A stretch of 57,680 bases of DNA, counting the filler, from Platydemus manokwari (lineage: Eukaryota), in NCBI GenBank assembly GCA_037951405.1. It is 5 parts of 5 records of this genome, joined end to end, with 100 filler letters (N's around TTAATTAATTAA, not from the genome) between each part and the next. Parts side by side here need not be neighbours in the genome. Positions count along the whole stretch, not along the records: positions 11,641 to 22,564 come from JBBMOY011055523.1; positions 22,665 to 33,656 come from JBBMOY010991083.1; 3 more parts are not named here. The stretch is one strand, 5' to 3'. The notes beneath the pieces were generated by a model, which was not told the DNA's origin, did not search any database, and saw only the letters and a program-made list of their open reading frames with translations. The position numbers and the translations under genes are program-made. This document shows, piece by piece, positions 11,641 through 22,899 of this stretch. Every line of letters starts with the position of its first letter. The first letter of the stretch is position 1.

Positions 11641-12379
11641 ACTTTAAAAGGTAAAAAATACAAGTATCAATTTTATTAATTGGTCAAAACCGGATTACGT
11701 ATTAAGAACGATAATTTATATTATAAATTTATTAACCATTTTTTCTACCTTTTCAAACATACCATGTTAATATGAAATAGTAATGAAAGAATTGCAATAT
11801 GTGTGTTTAGTTGATATTTATCAGTTAAAACAAGTAACATTAGTAGCCAATCAAATAAAAATCTCAATACTTATTTAAAAATAAATTATTATAATAATAT
11901 AAATGATTATATCGAAACTTTATTCAGCATATAATTGGAAATTAGCACTTCATATTATCATTATTTAAGAATCATTTGAGAATCAGTACTAAAAATATAA
12001 TTACCGTATCACAGCAATCCAATAATTATCATATTTACTTTCGATGAATGAAGATTGATCAGCAGACTTAACAATAGTGCTGTATTTTCGACACTACAGT
12101 TCTTCACTAACTATTTACATTTGTATTTCAAAAGTAGTGATAAAACATGAAGTATGAAATTTAAAGAATTTAATAAAGATTTTTGAGCTAAATTAGCGAT
12201 ATAATATATACCATATATATTGTACAAATAAATATTTGTAAAGAGAATATTGCTAAAATTTACTCTTAAACTCTCAATATTTTTGGGTAATTATAAAAAA
12301 TAAATAAAACTTGACTCCGATTCGAAGGTAAATATATTTCTTGGTGTATTGATTAATACACGAATTACAAAATCTCAAT

Positions 12380-12770
12380 CCAAACTTGGCTTTTTAACTG
12401 GCAGTTGTCCATCTTCATATCGATTTTTATATTCGCGAAATTTGTGTTTTTTGTGTCATATTTTTATTTGATATTTGTCTCTTCATGTTCTTATTGGGAT
12501 TAAAAGTTTTTACATGAGTGGGATTGGTCAATCTCTATGCGTGTGTTGTTGTGTAGCTATATCCATTTTTCAAATTGTAGTTCACTATCTAACTCCACTA
12601 TGATTGGCTGATTATCATGCATGTATGGCTGTGTAGGAATGGAAATGTTTAATGTGCCAAAACAAGGGTTACAGGATGCAATTTCGGTTTTCTTTTTGTA
12701 GAATTTAATCTCACTTAACAATATTAAAATTATCAAAAATAAAATTGAAGTCAAAACAAAAGTCAAAACT
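12380..12770 (-). pseudogene. Best-preserved copy of a signal/TM-led Cys-containing ORF family
   Basis: TFVLTSILFLIILILLSEIKFYKKKTEIASCNPCFGTLNISIPTQPY...EIDQSHSCK...NFANIKIDMKMDNCQLKSQVWIE, with internal stops and frameshifts; homologues occur elsewhere in the window. Confidence 0.5.
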
Positions 12771-13760
12771 CAACAAAAACCAAGGAATACAGAAATGAAA
12801 GGCGGAAAACAAGACTTGCTATAATTTCCAAAAACAAGGGCATATCGTTACTTGCTATACCTGAAACAGAATAAGGCTCATAGTGAGAAATGGCTCAATA
12901 ACATAAAGTGTAGCAGATGTCAATGTCGAGGACATCAAGAGAGAGAATGTTATACTTATTTGTAGAGAAGGGGACAACAAAGGTACAGCTGCCAGCAAGG
13001 TTCATCATTAAACCAGAGAAGGATTGACCACAGGCAAAGTACTATTAGAAGAAGTGCGATAAAAAAAACAGACAGAATTTCAATTGACAAATTTACTGAG
13101 TGGTGTACCGAAATAATGGACAAGTAGCTGTAATCGATCAAGAATCAGATTTAGAAAACAAAGGAAAAACACACAAAAAATAACGCGCTGACTCCCGGAG
13201 AGTGGGTCAGGGCAATACACTAAACAGTAAATCTAACTATGAGAAAGGTACCCAGAGTATAAGTAGCTATATTAGTATTTATAATATAAGTACTTTACAT
13301 AAAAAAAGAATAAAAAATAAAATAAAATAACAAATCAATATGGAGAATATAAAAATCAGAAAGTAGAAAAACAAATTGTAACCGGTAACAACAATGATAT
13401 AGAATCAATTAAGAGAGTACAATGGAAAGTTATAAAATAGATGATTAACAATGCCGAGGAGAAATATGAAGAAGAGAAAGAGGTAAGAATATTAACTATC
13501 AAGGAGTTAAAGCTTCCCCATATTTCTTATAATAAAGTTCAAGAAAGACCGATCAAAACTATAAAAATTGAGAACAAAGAGTTTAAATGTTTATTAGACA
13601 CTGAAGCAAGAGTAAATGTCATGTGTTAGGCGATGTTAGAGACACTCAAACAAGGAAAAATCGAATATACAAATGAAAGTAGTTGGTACAATAAGAATAA
13701 AAGTCAAGTTAGGAAATCATCCCAAGATGATATCATTCATAATAGTTAAGCACATGAAAC
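12770..13760 (+). mobile_element. Decayed Ty3/Gypsy gag-protease fragment
   Basis: CCHC knuckle CSRCQCRGHQEREC (~12908-12950) and a degenerate knuckle CYNFQKQGHIVTC. Aspartic protease-like KIENKEFKCLLDTEARVNVM (DTG site mutated). Confidence 0.8.
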
Positions 13761-13789
13761 CAAAGATTAAAGATTAAATTTTAGAGTAA

Positions 13790-14950
13790 TGTTGGGAACC
13801 AAAATATTATAAAATAAAAATAAACAAAATATAATAATAATAAATGCAATAATAATATTAATTAATCGCCCACGTACTACCCACATTAACGAAAAAATAT
13901 AATAATAATAAAAATAATAATAAAATTTATTACACATCACCATGGTGAATTAATACGTCACCATAGTAACAAGCATAATAATAATATTTATTAAATACAT
14001 CAGCATGGTGATTTAATAGATCACCATGGTAGCCTTAAATCAAATTCAAAAAATTAAAATTTTCGCAAAATTAATAATCAACTCCCACATACGCCCACCG
14101 GGAGATTCGCCGGAAATTTTTCTCCAATCATCAATAACAATCTTCAAGCGAAAAATTATTAATAAATTATTAATAAATTCGCAATTTGCTATCGTTAGGA
14201 CAATCTTCAATTACCTCGTCAAGTTGACACTATTGGAAAATTCACACCTTTGCAATCGTGGAATTCTTCAAGTGGAATTAGTGATAAATTCTCATCGTCG
14301 TAATCGTTAGAAAATTTTAAATTCCTCGAGCTGTCATTAAACCTCAAGAAACAGACTGATTATCATCAGGATTACTCTTCCAAATGCATACGGTAAATTT
14401 TTCTTGCATTCGTATAAGTATCGCACAAAATCGTAAGAATTTGTACTGATACTCATTCGCAAATTCATAGCGCGTGGTACACACCTCCTTTAGTTTATCG
14501 TCCGAAGGAAGGCGGCACCTAGTTCCTCACGTCACTTTGTTTTAAACCTCTTCAGGACACAACACTACTATCTGTCAAATTATTGCATAACACATTTGTT
14601 AATTTTTAGTATAATATACGTACTGAATTATCATTTTGTTTTTGCTTATATCATTATTATATCTATCAGTAGTATTACACCTGAATTATTACACGCAACC
14701 AAATCACTGATTAAAGTCAGATTATTGGTGGAGTCATCATTATTCAGGTTCTAATCATCATTGAATAGTGCACAGATAATTCATCGAGTTTTGCAAGTTG
14801 AATTATCTCTTATAACTAATCACCAGATACTACTTAGCACAGGCTAGTAGGATTCTATCAGTAATATTTATAATTTGCTAAGTGTTCAAAATGTAAAAAA
14901 ATAAATTAACTACCTTTTGTTGAAAAATTAGCCCTATTTCGGCTCTTTGT
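13790..14950 (+). mobile_element. LTR inserted between the gag-pro and integrase relics
   Basis: Starts TGTTGGGAACCAAAA; the first ~70 nt match the PPT-preceded LTR start at 55777. It has palindromic motif repeats in U3 and a hairpin-rich 3' part. The right boundary is approximate. Confidence 0.65.
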
Positions 14951-14989
14951 AGGTCTCATAAGTATTAAGGTTCAGAGATATATGTGACG

Positions 14990-15660
14990 ATCTCTCGGAG
15001 CATTCAGAATGGATAGGTGCAATGATAGTGATGGTGGTTTTATGATACTGATAGTGTTCTATTTCAGCCTAATATGCATCTCATCAGTGCATCTCATCAT
15101 CAGAGTGCATTTTTCTGATAACGGGAAACAATTTGGAGGTAAGTTTTTGGGAATCAAACAAGTGTGCATCTCACCATACCAGCATCAATCGAACGGATTA
15201 GTGGAGAGAGTCATCTGGACGGTACGGGATATGATAACAGCTTCCTTAAAGGGCAGAATTGTAGTCAAGGATAGAGTTCGGCCTCAACGCAACGCATCAA
15301 TGAAAAAAGAAGTTCTCGCCTTTCTAGATAAACTCTGGGTGGAAGATCAAAGTCCATACGAGCGAGAGTCACAAGAACGAGACTCAAAATTATATTGCAG
15401 CAAAACCTAGAGAAAATTCTAAAGTGGCAGCCAACATAATGTCTAACCGAGACAATGGGAGAAGAACACATCGAATTTTTCGGGTGGAAAGGAAGGTGCT
15501 AGTTCGAGAAGATCCCTATAAGAAGAAAAAGAATAAATACTATTAGCGAATGTTTCTACCGAACATTCAAACAGACAAGTGGAGATCCAATTCCCTCATG
15601 CGATAAAATCCAGGCAATAAGAGTGGCTGAAAGGAGAGGACCTTAAGAGGAGGTGAGTAA
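14990..15660 (+). mobile_element. Gypsy integrase (rve) relic followed by a purine tract
   Basis: SDNGKQF and ISPYQHQSNGLVERVIWTVRDMI match the DDE core motifs. AAGAGGAGG at ~15645 is a candidate PPT. Confidence 0.85.
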
Positions 15661-16312
15661 TATTGTTACTTATGAGGTATGTGAGCTAAAAAACAATTTT
15701 ATATTAAATTATATATCATCTTTGGTATTTTATCAAAAAATTAAAATAATTATACTGTACCTTTGGGGGTCTGTGAGTGAAAAGTGAAAAAACTTGAACA
15801 AATAGTTATTAGTTTGAAAAAGAATAGTAATTTCATAGAATCCGAACCACAGGGACCTATGAAAATTAGAAAGTAAAATGTGCAATAAAGTTTTCCTTTG
15901 CATTAATTTCATAATAATATTTAAATTAATGATAAAACTTCTTTAAAATTCAATGACCGATTTAAACGAAATTAACCTCTTATGTCGACATTTGAGAAAA
16001 AAGTAACAAAATAATGGAATTTTTATATTTAAGAATGATTTTTAATTTAAATTTAATTAGCATTCACCGATTCTGGCAATAAAAGTTTTAGTAATCTTAG
16101 ATAAGATGGTACCATAGTTATGTGATTTTAACTTTTTATGTCAAACTTCTAAAACCAATTTGAAAGCCAAAATCCAAAATATTAAAAAAATATCCTTCAT
16201 GTATAAATGATTTTATGATTGATTTTATATAGAAAAAATAAGTCTTAATTTGAAATATTTATTCGTACATCAACTTTTGAGATGCTAATGATCATGTTAA
16301 TAAGAAATTGTT

Positions 16313-17216
16313 CTAATCTTCTAATGGTGGTTCTCTGAAGGATTCACCTTTATATTGACTATGAATTATACCCATTGTGAAAGCAGGACTGCCTGGTAAG
16401 TGAGACGTAACCTTGAAAATTATGATTAAATGAAAGCTAAAATCATCAAATTACCTGTTCATGTTTATAATGAGCTGGACTTGGCGTAGACAATTTTGAA
16501 TCAGGCATTTGAGCTCCAGTTGACATTGTATATTTTGGAGATGATGTAAGATATAAATCTGGTGATCCAACTTTGTAATCAGAAGGTCCCGGTCCCTACT
16601 CATATATTATTTTTAATAAAACATAATATAATTACAAAACCTCTCTAGATTTGTCATAATGTAAATATTGTCCAACTGAATATTTAGGCGCACTTGGTTT
16701 ATCACTTGTCTGATCAGGTGGTGGCAATTTATATGCGTTAGGTGCTGAATATTTGAAACAAATATATTTTAAAATTTTACTTAAAATCTAACCTGGGGTT
16801 ATATTTGACGTTGACTCAGTTAAATATTTCCCAATTAAGTATTCTGGAGCCTTAGGCCATGCTATATTATTAGCCTTAGATGTGTCGTAATCACTAGGTC
16901 CAGGTGTTACATCCTTTACATATGGGTTTAATATTTGACCTATAGAATATTTCGGAACTGTGTGTAATCCACGATGGGTCAGTTTTGTATCTGGTCCGTA
17001 TGCAGCGGGTCCGGGACTTCTTGAATTAGTAAATATGTCAGTCTTTAAACCAAAAGAATAGGATGGTGCTTTAACGTGTACACTTCTAATATCATGACCC
17101 TTTTCTCCAACCAGTGGTGGGGCGCCATATATGGGACCAGGATTTGCAAATTGCGCGGCCACTGGCATTCTAGGTCTGGTATAAGGATAACCTTTGACTT
17201 CACCACTCTGCGCCAT
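16313..17216 (-). CDS. ODF3: ODF3/SHIPPO-repeat (CIMAP1-like) ciliary or sperm-tail protein, 4 exons: 17216-16793, 16744-16641, 16595-16455, 16411-16313; 255 aa
   Basis: Repeated (T/S)PGP..Y and AP.YS motifs. GT-AG introns of 48, 45 and 43 nt keep the frame (768 nt in total), ending ..GSPAFTMGIIHSQYKGESFREPPLED-TAG. The family call is solid; the exact paralogue is uncertain. Confidence 0.92.
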
Positions 17217-19045
17217 GATTACTTTGAAAAAATAATTTAAATATTGATTTATTGCTTATTTAAATCCCCGGTAATTAATTATTTTATAATTTGTTTTTTT
17301 TCCCAGTTGTAACGAATTTTAATCGGTAAATTTAGAAGGTCAACAAATTTTGAATGAAATAACCGGGAAATTAGTTGTTTGAAAGGGAAATATCCACAAG
17401 ATGAGATTTTTAAAATTTCTTTCATTTATAATTTAAATTTTGAGGTTTTCAAAACATGTAAATTCTTGAAGAATTTGTTGGTTAGCTAACTTTATTCCGT
17501 TAATCTTCTTAGAAGTTAATATCGCCTATCTAATTTTTTGGTAATTGGTTTGCTATTGAATGGTTTTTTTAATAAGTGATCATGATAAACTTGATTTCTA
17601 TGAAGTAATCAACAATTCCATTTGAATCGAAAAACAAAATAGTAATTTATTATAGTATTTCTTGAGATTGACAAAGTCAATCAAAATGGGAAAATTTATA
17701 TTTTTAATATTGCTATCTTTTTAAAATAATCCTGCACGTATTATTAAATTTGTTGAGCATATAACAAAAACAAACAATATTGTAAATATTCACACACTAA
17801 ATGACTCTCAAAGAACAGGTTTATTAACAATTAAGAATGGGATTAGCCCACGAATGACAAAATAGCGATACAAATAACGACCATACGATATGATCACACG
17901 AAGTAATCAAGTTAGATATAGAGTTACCGCCCATCAAAGTTTGGAAGTTAATCGCGAGTTTCAAATACTTTTATAGATTTGTCGTGTAAGTTGCCTGTCT
18001 TTTAGCTTTAAATTTTTATACACTGGAACCGCCAACTTAATAGTTTGTTATTTATGTTTGTTGCCCGTTATTAGTATGAACCAATTGATAATCGAATTCT
18101 ATTTATGGATTTGTATTTTGGAGGCACCTGATTGCTTTTCGGTATGTGCGCTCACCGGGTCTTCGTGTTTTGAAACTCTTAGGATACCAAGGTCTACGTA
18201 AATATATTGCTTGTCTTTGTTACATATTAAACATTTGTTTCTGTGGTAATTTTTGTGTGATTATTCAAGTGGCAAGTCTTTTATTGTCCTTATTTCTGTC
18301 ACTTTTCTAATGTTGATTGTTAACTGGCCTTGTTTTTGCGCGTATTTTAGAGAGTGAAAATGAATGATTTGATTTTAAATTATAGCATTGTGATTTATAT
18401 TTATAATTTTGAGAATATAGCATTAGTAGATATCTAACAAATCGATTCATTTAAAACAAATTGTTCTAAAATATTCAATTATTTTTTATTTTGTGATTTA
18501 TAGAAATATTAATGATTTTCTTCTAGAATATTTTTTTACAATTATTTAATCATACGTAATTCGTTAATATCATCATAGATATCTAATAGTATGTAACAAC
18601 AGGTTACAAATGTTTAAGTCCTATTACTCCTGAAAATTAAATCGGTTTAGAGATAAAGCAAAGCTACCTTTTCGGTATACCAATATTTAATCCACACATT
18701 GAGTCGGCAAACTAGGATTTATTTATTTATCAATTTTTTTGCTTAATTTCTTGATCAGCCTTTACAAGAAATTTATAAGAAATGACACTAAAATATTGAA
18801 TGGTGGCGTTACATTTAATCAAATTATTATATTATAATTCATCATTCAATAAAGCCATGATTAAATAAAATAATACCATTAATGTTCAAATGTTTAATTA
18901 CTCAAATAAAACGTCACAATACATAAAATATTATGGCACACATAAATGTCTCAATAAAATTAAATTATATCTACAATCGAAATAAAATTAAAACATCAAG
19001 ATCAAAGTTAATAGCACAATAATTGTCATAGAATATGTTAGTTTC

Positions 19046-19075
19046 ATATATATATATATGTGTGTGTGTGTGTGT
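19046..19075. repeat. Compound (AT)n(GT)n microsatellite
   Basis: Read directly from the sequence. Confidence 0.9.
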
Positions 19076-19389
19076 CTTAATCTGGATCATGAATTGATCT
19101 TTCTTTGGATTGTGTTACAATAAATTGAAATTATTAATTGGTAGGGTTTGAATTCAATATTAAAGGTTGTTCAGGAAATAGTCGTAATTATGACATCATT
19201 GCGTGAATTGCACGGGCTATGAAGTTCATTATATTGATTCTACTAGGTTACTCTAGAGATTTTCTTTATTGTGTGGTTCACCTTAGGTGTTTAGTAAAAA
19301 TTTACAAAAATTGGGTTGTTGATGTGTTGTGATGAAGAAGCGGTTTTGAAAATCAAGTTGTAACTCTGAAACTGAAACAAAAGACTGAT

Positions 19390-19650
19390 TTTATAGAATA
19401 GCTATGCTTCATCAAAATTTTATAAAAATTGTTTATCTGAAACCAGATGTCATGCGTTTTACAATCATGACCCACATTCACGACGTCATTTTCTGGAAAC
19501 ACTTGCGAAGATTGATTTTCAAAAATAAATTTCAGAAAGCAAAATTGAAAGCTGCGTCGAATGAACATCTGGAATACTAATTAAGAAGAGCAATCAATTC
19601 GATCAAACCAGATATCGATGAATTTGTTTCTCAGAAGCAAAATAACATTT
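19390..19650 (+). mobile_element. hAT transposase C-terminal relic (GTF2IRD2/EPM2AIP1-like subgroup)
   Basis: Broken frames give FYKNCLSE..TCED*FSKIN..SNEHLEY*LRRAINSIKPDIDEFVSQKQ, matching the hAT dimerisation-domain tail. Confidence 0.7.
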
Positions 19651-20919
19651 TTTTAAAAATTATTTTAATGAAAAATCGTATTTCAAACAATAAAGTTTTT
19701 ATTATTTAAATAACATTATCTCGTTTTCATCATTTTTGTCAAATGGTAGCTGTTGTTATGTGGTCAAAATATAACTATCTTTTGCTGAAAATAAGTCCTA
19801 TTTTGTCCCTCCATTGGCCACATTGGTATCTCGGACCAGAGGCAGATAAGACTGAAAAAAAATATAGAAAATAGCTATTCGTTTATATACTAATAGAGAC
19901 CAATTCATGAAATAATCCCAAATCCAAGACTATTATATTTTGGCTAAAAATATATATGTAAACACCGACATGATCTTAAAGCGATGACAGGCAATAAATT
20001 TTGACTCATTATTGCCGTCAGGACAAATGACGTTGAAATACAAAAACTTGTAAAAATCCAATTCATAATGGATTACAGATTGAGTTACGAGTATGAAGGA
20101 TGATTGTAGCTCAATCAGATAATTAATTAAAAATAATAATTATATTATAACTAATTATAATCAATTATAATTATTCTATAAAGTACATATTATCAAATTG
20201 TATAAATAGTTGAAAAATATTATATTTAAAATTACACAAAATTTTTGTTTAAATTCATTATTTTGGAATATTTTATTTTACATTATATTTTCAAATAGAT
20301 TCGGTACTTTAAATTTATTGTTTTAATTAAATAAACATTGTTTTATTTTGTTTTAATTCTGTATTCATTTAGTTCTTAACAGCTTCATTAACACTATACA
20401 TGAAGCATGACAGTTAAAGTGTTCTAAAGGATTTCATATTGTGCTTTATAAATAAAAAAATAAATTTAGAAATTTATCAAATTTTCCATTATATGGGAAT
20501 CATACTGTTTAAAAAAAATTTGCTCAAATAACAGCTTGTTTATACAATATTTCAATTGTTGATTTTAAATGTCGATTAATGACAACAATTTTAATGAAAA
20601 TAAATGCAATTTTCAATGAATGTGTTTATCTCAGCTTTTATTTAATACACCAGGCTAAGTTTTTGTTTATTATTTTAGTCAATGAGAAAATGAATTGAGA
20701 TAATATTTCACAAACTTTTAAATTGTTATAATAATCCTTTAAATTGAAATCATTTGATTGAAACAATAAGTAGTAACTTGTGATTTCTCAATATAGATAA
20801 ATGATTTTCGATATTAAGATGCGACTATAAAGAGTGATTGTTTTCATAACGTCTAACGATAGAGAAATGAAATTGATAATTTCAGAAGGTTTTTATAAGT
20901 CTTACATATATAACATTTT

Positions 20920-22435
20920 ATATTTATTTATATATGCTAAACTTCATCATAAATATATACATAAAGCGATCCTATATCCACATATGTACCATTTATAAAA
21001 TGCCAATCTATTTCAGTGCTTCGTTTTAAGCTATCCCCACTCTATTTATTATTTGAATTCTACCCACCATGACGAAAGTCAACTCTTTATAAGATCAACT
21101 AAACTCACACTTAATTTTTAAAAAAATTCAAAGAGCCAACACGATTGAAGAAATTAGACTGATGCTTCCTGCAAAAAATATCATACAGCCTCACAAAACT
21201 TCAATATAGTAGATCAATATTTTGAGTAGGCTACTTTATAAATTATCCCCAATTCAGAATGGATATAAAATTTATTATAATACATAGAAGTTTTCATTGT
21301 AGTGGAGGTTCGACCAGTCATGAGAAAGTGGGTTGCCTGACCCAAGGCAGTACTCTTACCTAGAATGAGCTTGTCCAATAGATGGTTATGAGCTCAATTG
21401 CTAGAAGGGAACTGATCCCCAACTAACCGAACAGAAGATTTAAAAAAAGGAGTGAAGGCTGGACTGATCGACCGGCTTCTCAGAAGTTGGATTGAGTTAC
21501 ATATTGAGTTCGATATTCCTGGATTCATCATTGGTTCAAGTTCTATGTTCCAATATTCTGCCCAGATCTGAGAGCTCTTGAATTTCCAGATTCTGATGGT
21601 CGGCTGTCCGGATTCTAGCTAGGCATTAAATCCTATTTTAGCGTTCTCATCTATGAATTTAAAATCACAAGGAGAACATATGTATTATTAAAATACAACC
21701 TAATATTTGTTGTCCATTTACAGACACATGGCTTTTGTCGTTGGATCATGGTTTCTGGGTGTTATACCAAAACCATCGTGAAATTGGGTATTACCTATAA
21801 TTGGTAGACTTGACCCTTCTTTCATATTGATTAGCACCTCCGTTTGATGGTGATGCCAGATCCGAGTGGATTTCCTAATGTTCGAAGCAGACATAAGTTT
21901 GCTAAGAATCTTAATATTTGTATCCGTTAAGCCAAGCACTTCTAGGACATTCAATGTCTTTTGTGGGACTGAACCTAATGAGCCAACAACTATAGTGGGT
22001 ACGGTGACATTATAGTTGGGCTTACGTTTTTTTACCAGATCGCAGAGTGGGCATAATGAGTCAGATTCCTTTCATCTGCCAGCACCATTTGTTTTTCCGT
22101 AACCAATGGATATTTAATGTCTCCGAGGAAAATTCGCTTATTTAAGCAATTTTCAATATAGGGATTCACTCTGAGTTTCACAACAGTGTCATATCCTACA
22201 AGATATGGTACTGTTTCATTAACATTTACCATAAGATCAGGAGAGTTTATAAACTCGTCTGTCTTTGTGTAATTAGATACACGGAATACATTTTTGCAGT
22301 ACATGGCTTAGAGACTCTTCGTCAACTGAGTATCGACGACACTTCCTTTTAAGTGGGTCTTTTTTATATGCAGCTGCATTCAGTGGCAAGAGGTTGAGCC
22401 TCGCTTGGTGTATGAAACGCCAAGCAAAGCCTGTT
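20920..22435 (-). mobile_element. 5'-truncated non-LTR retrotransposon with restriction-like endonuclease (NeSL/R4-like clade)
   Basis: AWRFIHQARLNLLPLN..KCRR..EESLSHVLQKC (CCHC-type), then DIKYP and TIVVGSLGSVP..LEVLGL..SKLMSASNIRKSTRIWHHH, followed by a 3' non-coding tail. The 3' boundary is approximate. Confidence 0.85.
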
Positions 22436-22564
22436 ATTATAACGTTTTATTATTATTTTATTAACATTTTATTATAACGTCTTGGGGGGTTTATTGGATT
22501 GTAGCAACTGACAATTGCGCAATCACTAATCAACATGCAATCAAACAACATACACACATCATAC

Positions 22565-22664
22565 NNNNNNNNNNNNNNNNNNNNNNNNNNNNNNNNNNNN
22601 NNNNNNNNTTAATTAATTAANNNNNNNNNNNNNNNNNNNNNNNNNNNNNNNNNNNNNNNNNNNN
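22565..22664. other. Assembly linker or gap
   Basis: 44 N + TTAATTAATTAA + 44 N. Confidence 0.98.
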
Positions 22665-22899
22665 AATTAATTTTGATACAACGAGAACTAATGGTTTGAA
22701 ACTCATTAATGATCAATTTTAATGTTTTACTGTGTTTAAGTTGTTTAATTGAATTTGGAAATTTCTTTTTGAAAATAAAAATATAAATAAAGTTACATTA
22801 TCGAATAATTTAATTATGTTCTTGTGTTACTCCAATAGAACAATAAATATATTCAGAAAAATTATTTTAAAAAGTGAATCAATTGCCAATTTATCGATT

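Noticed and set aside
19985-20020. 12-bp hairpin as a miRNA precursor or SECIS
   Set aside because: It is too short for a pre-miRNA, has no associated selenoprotein ORF, and occurs once.
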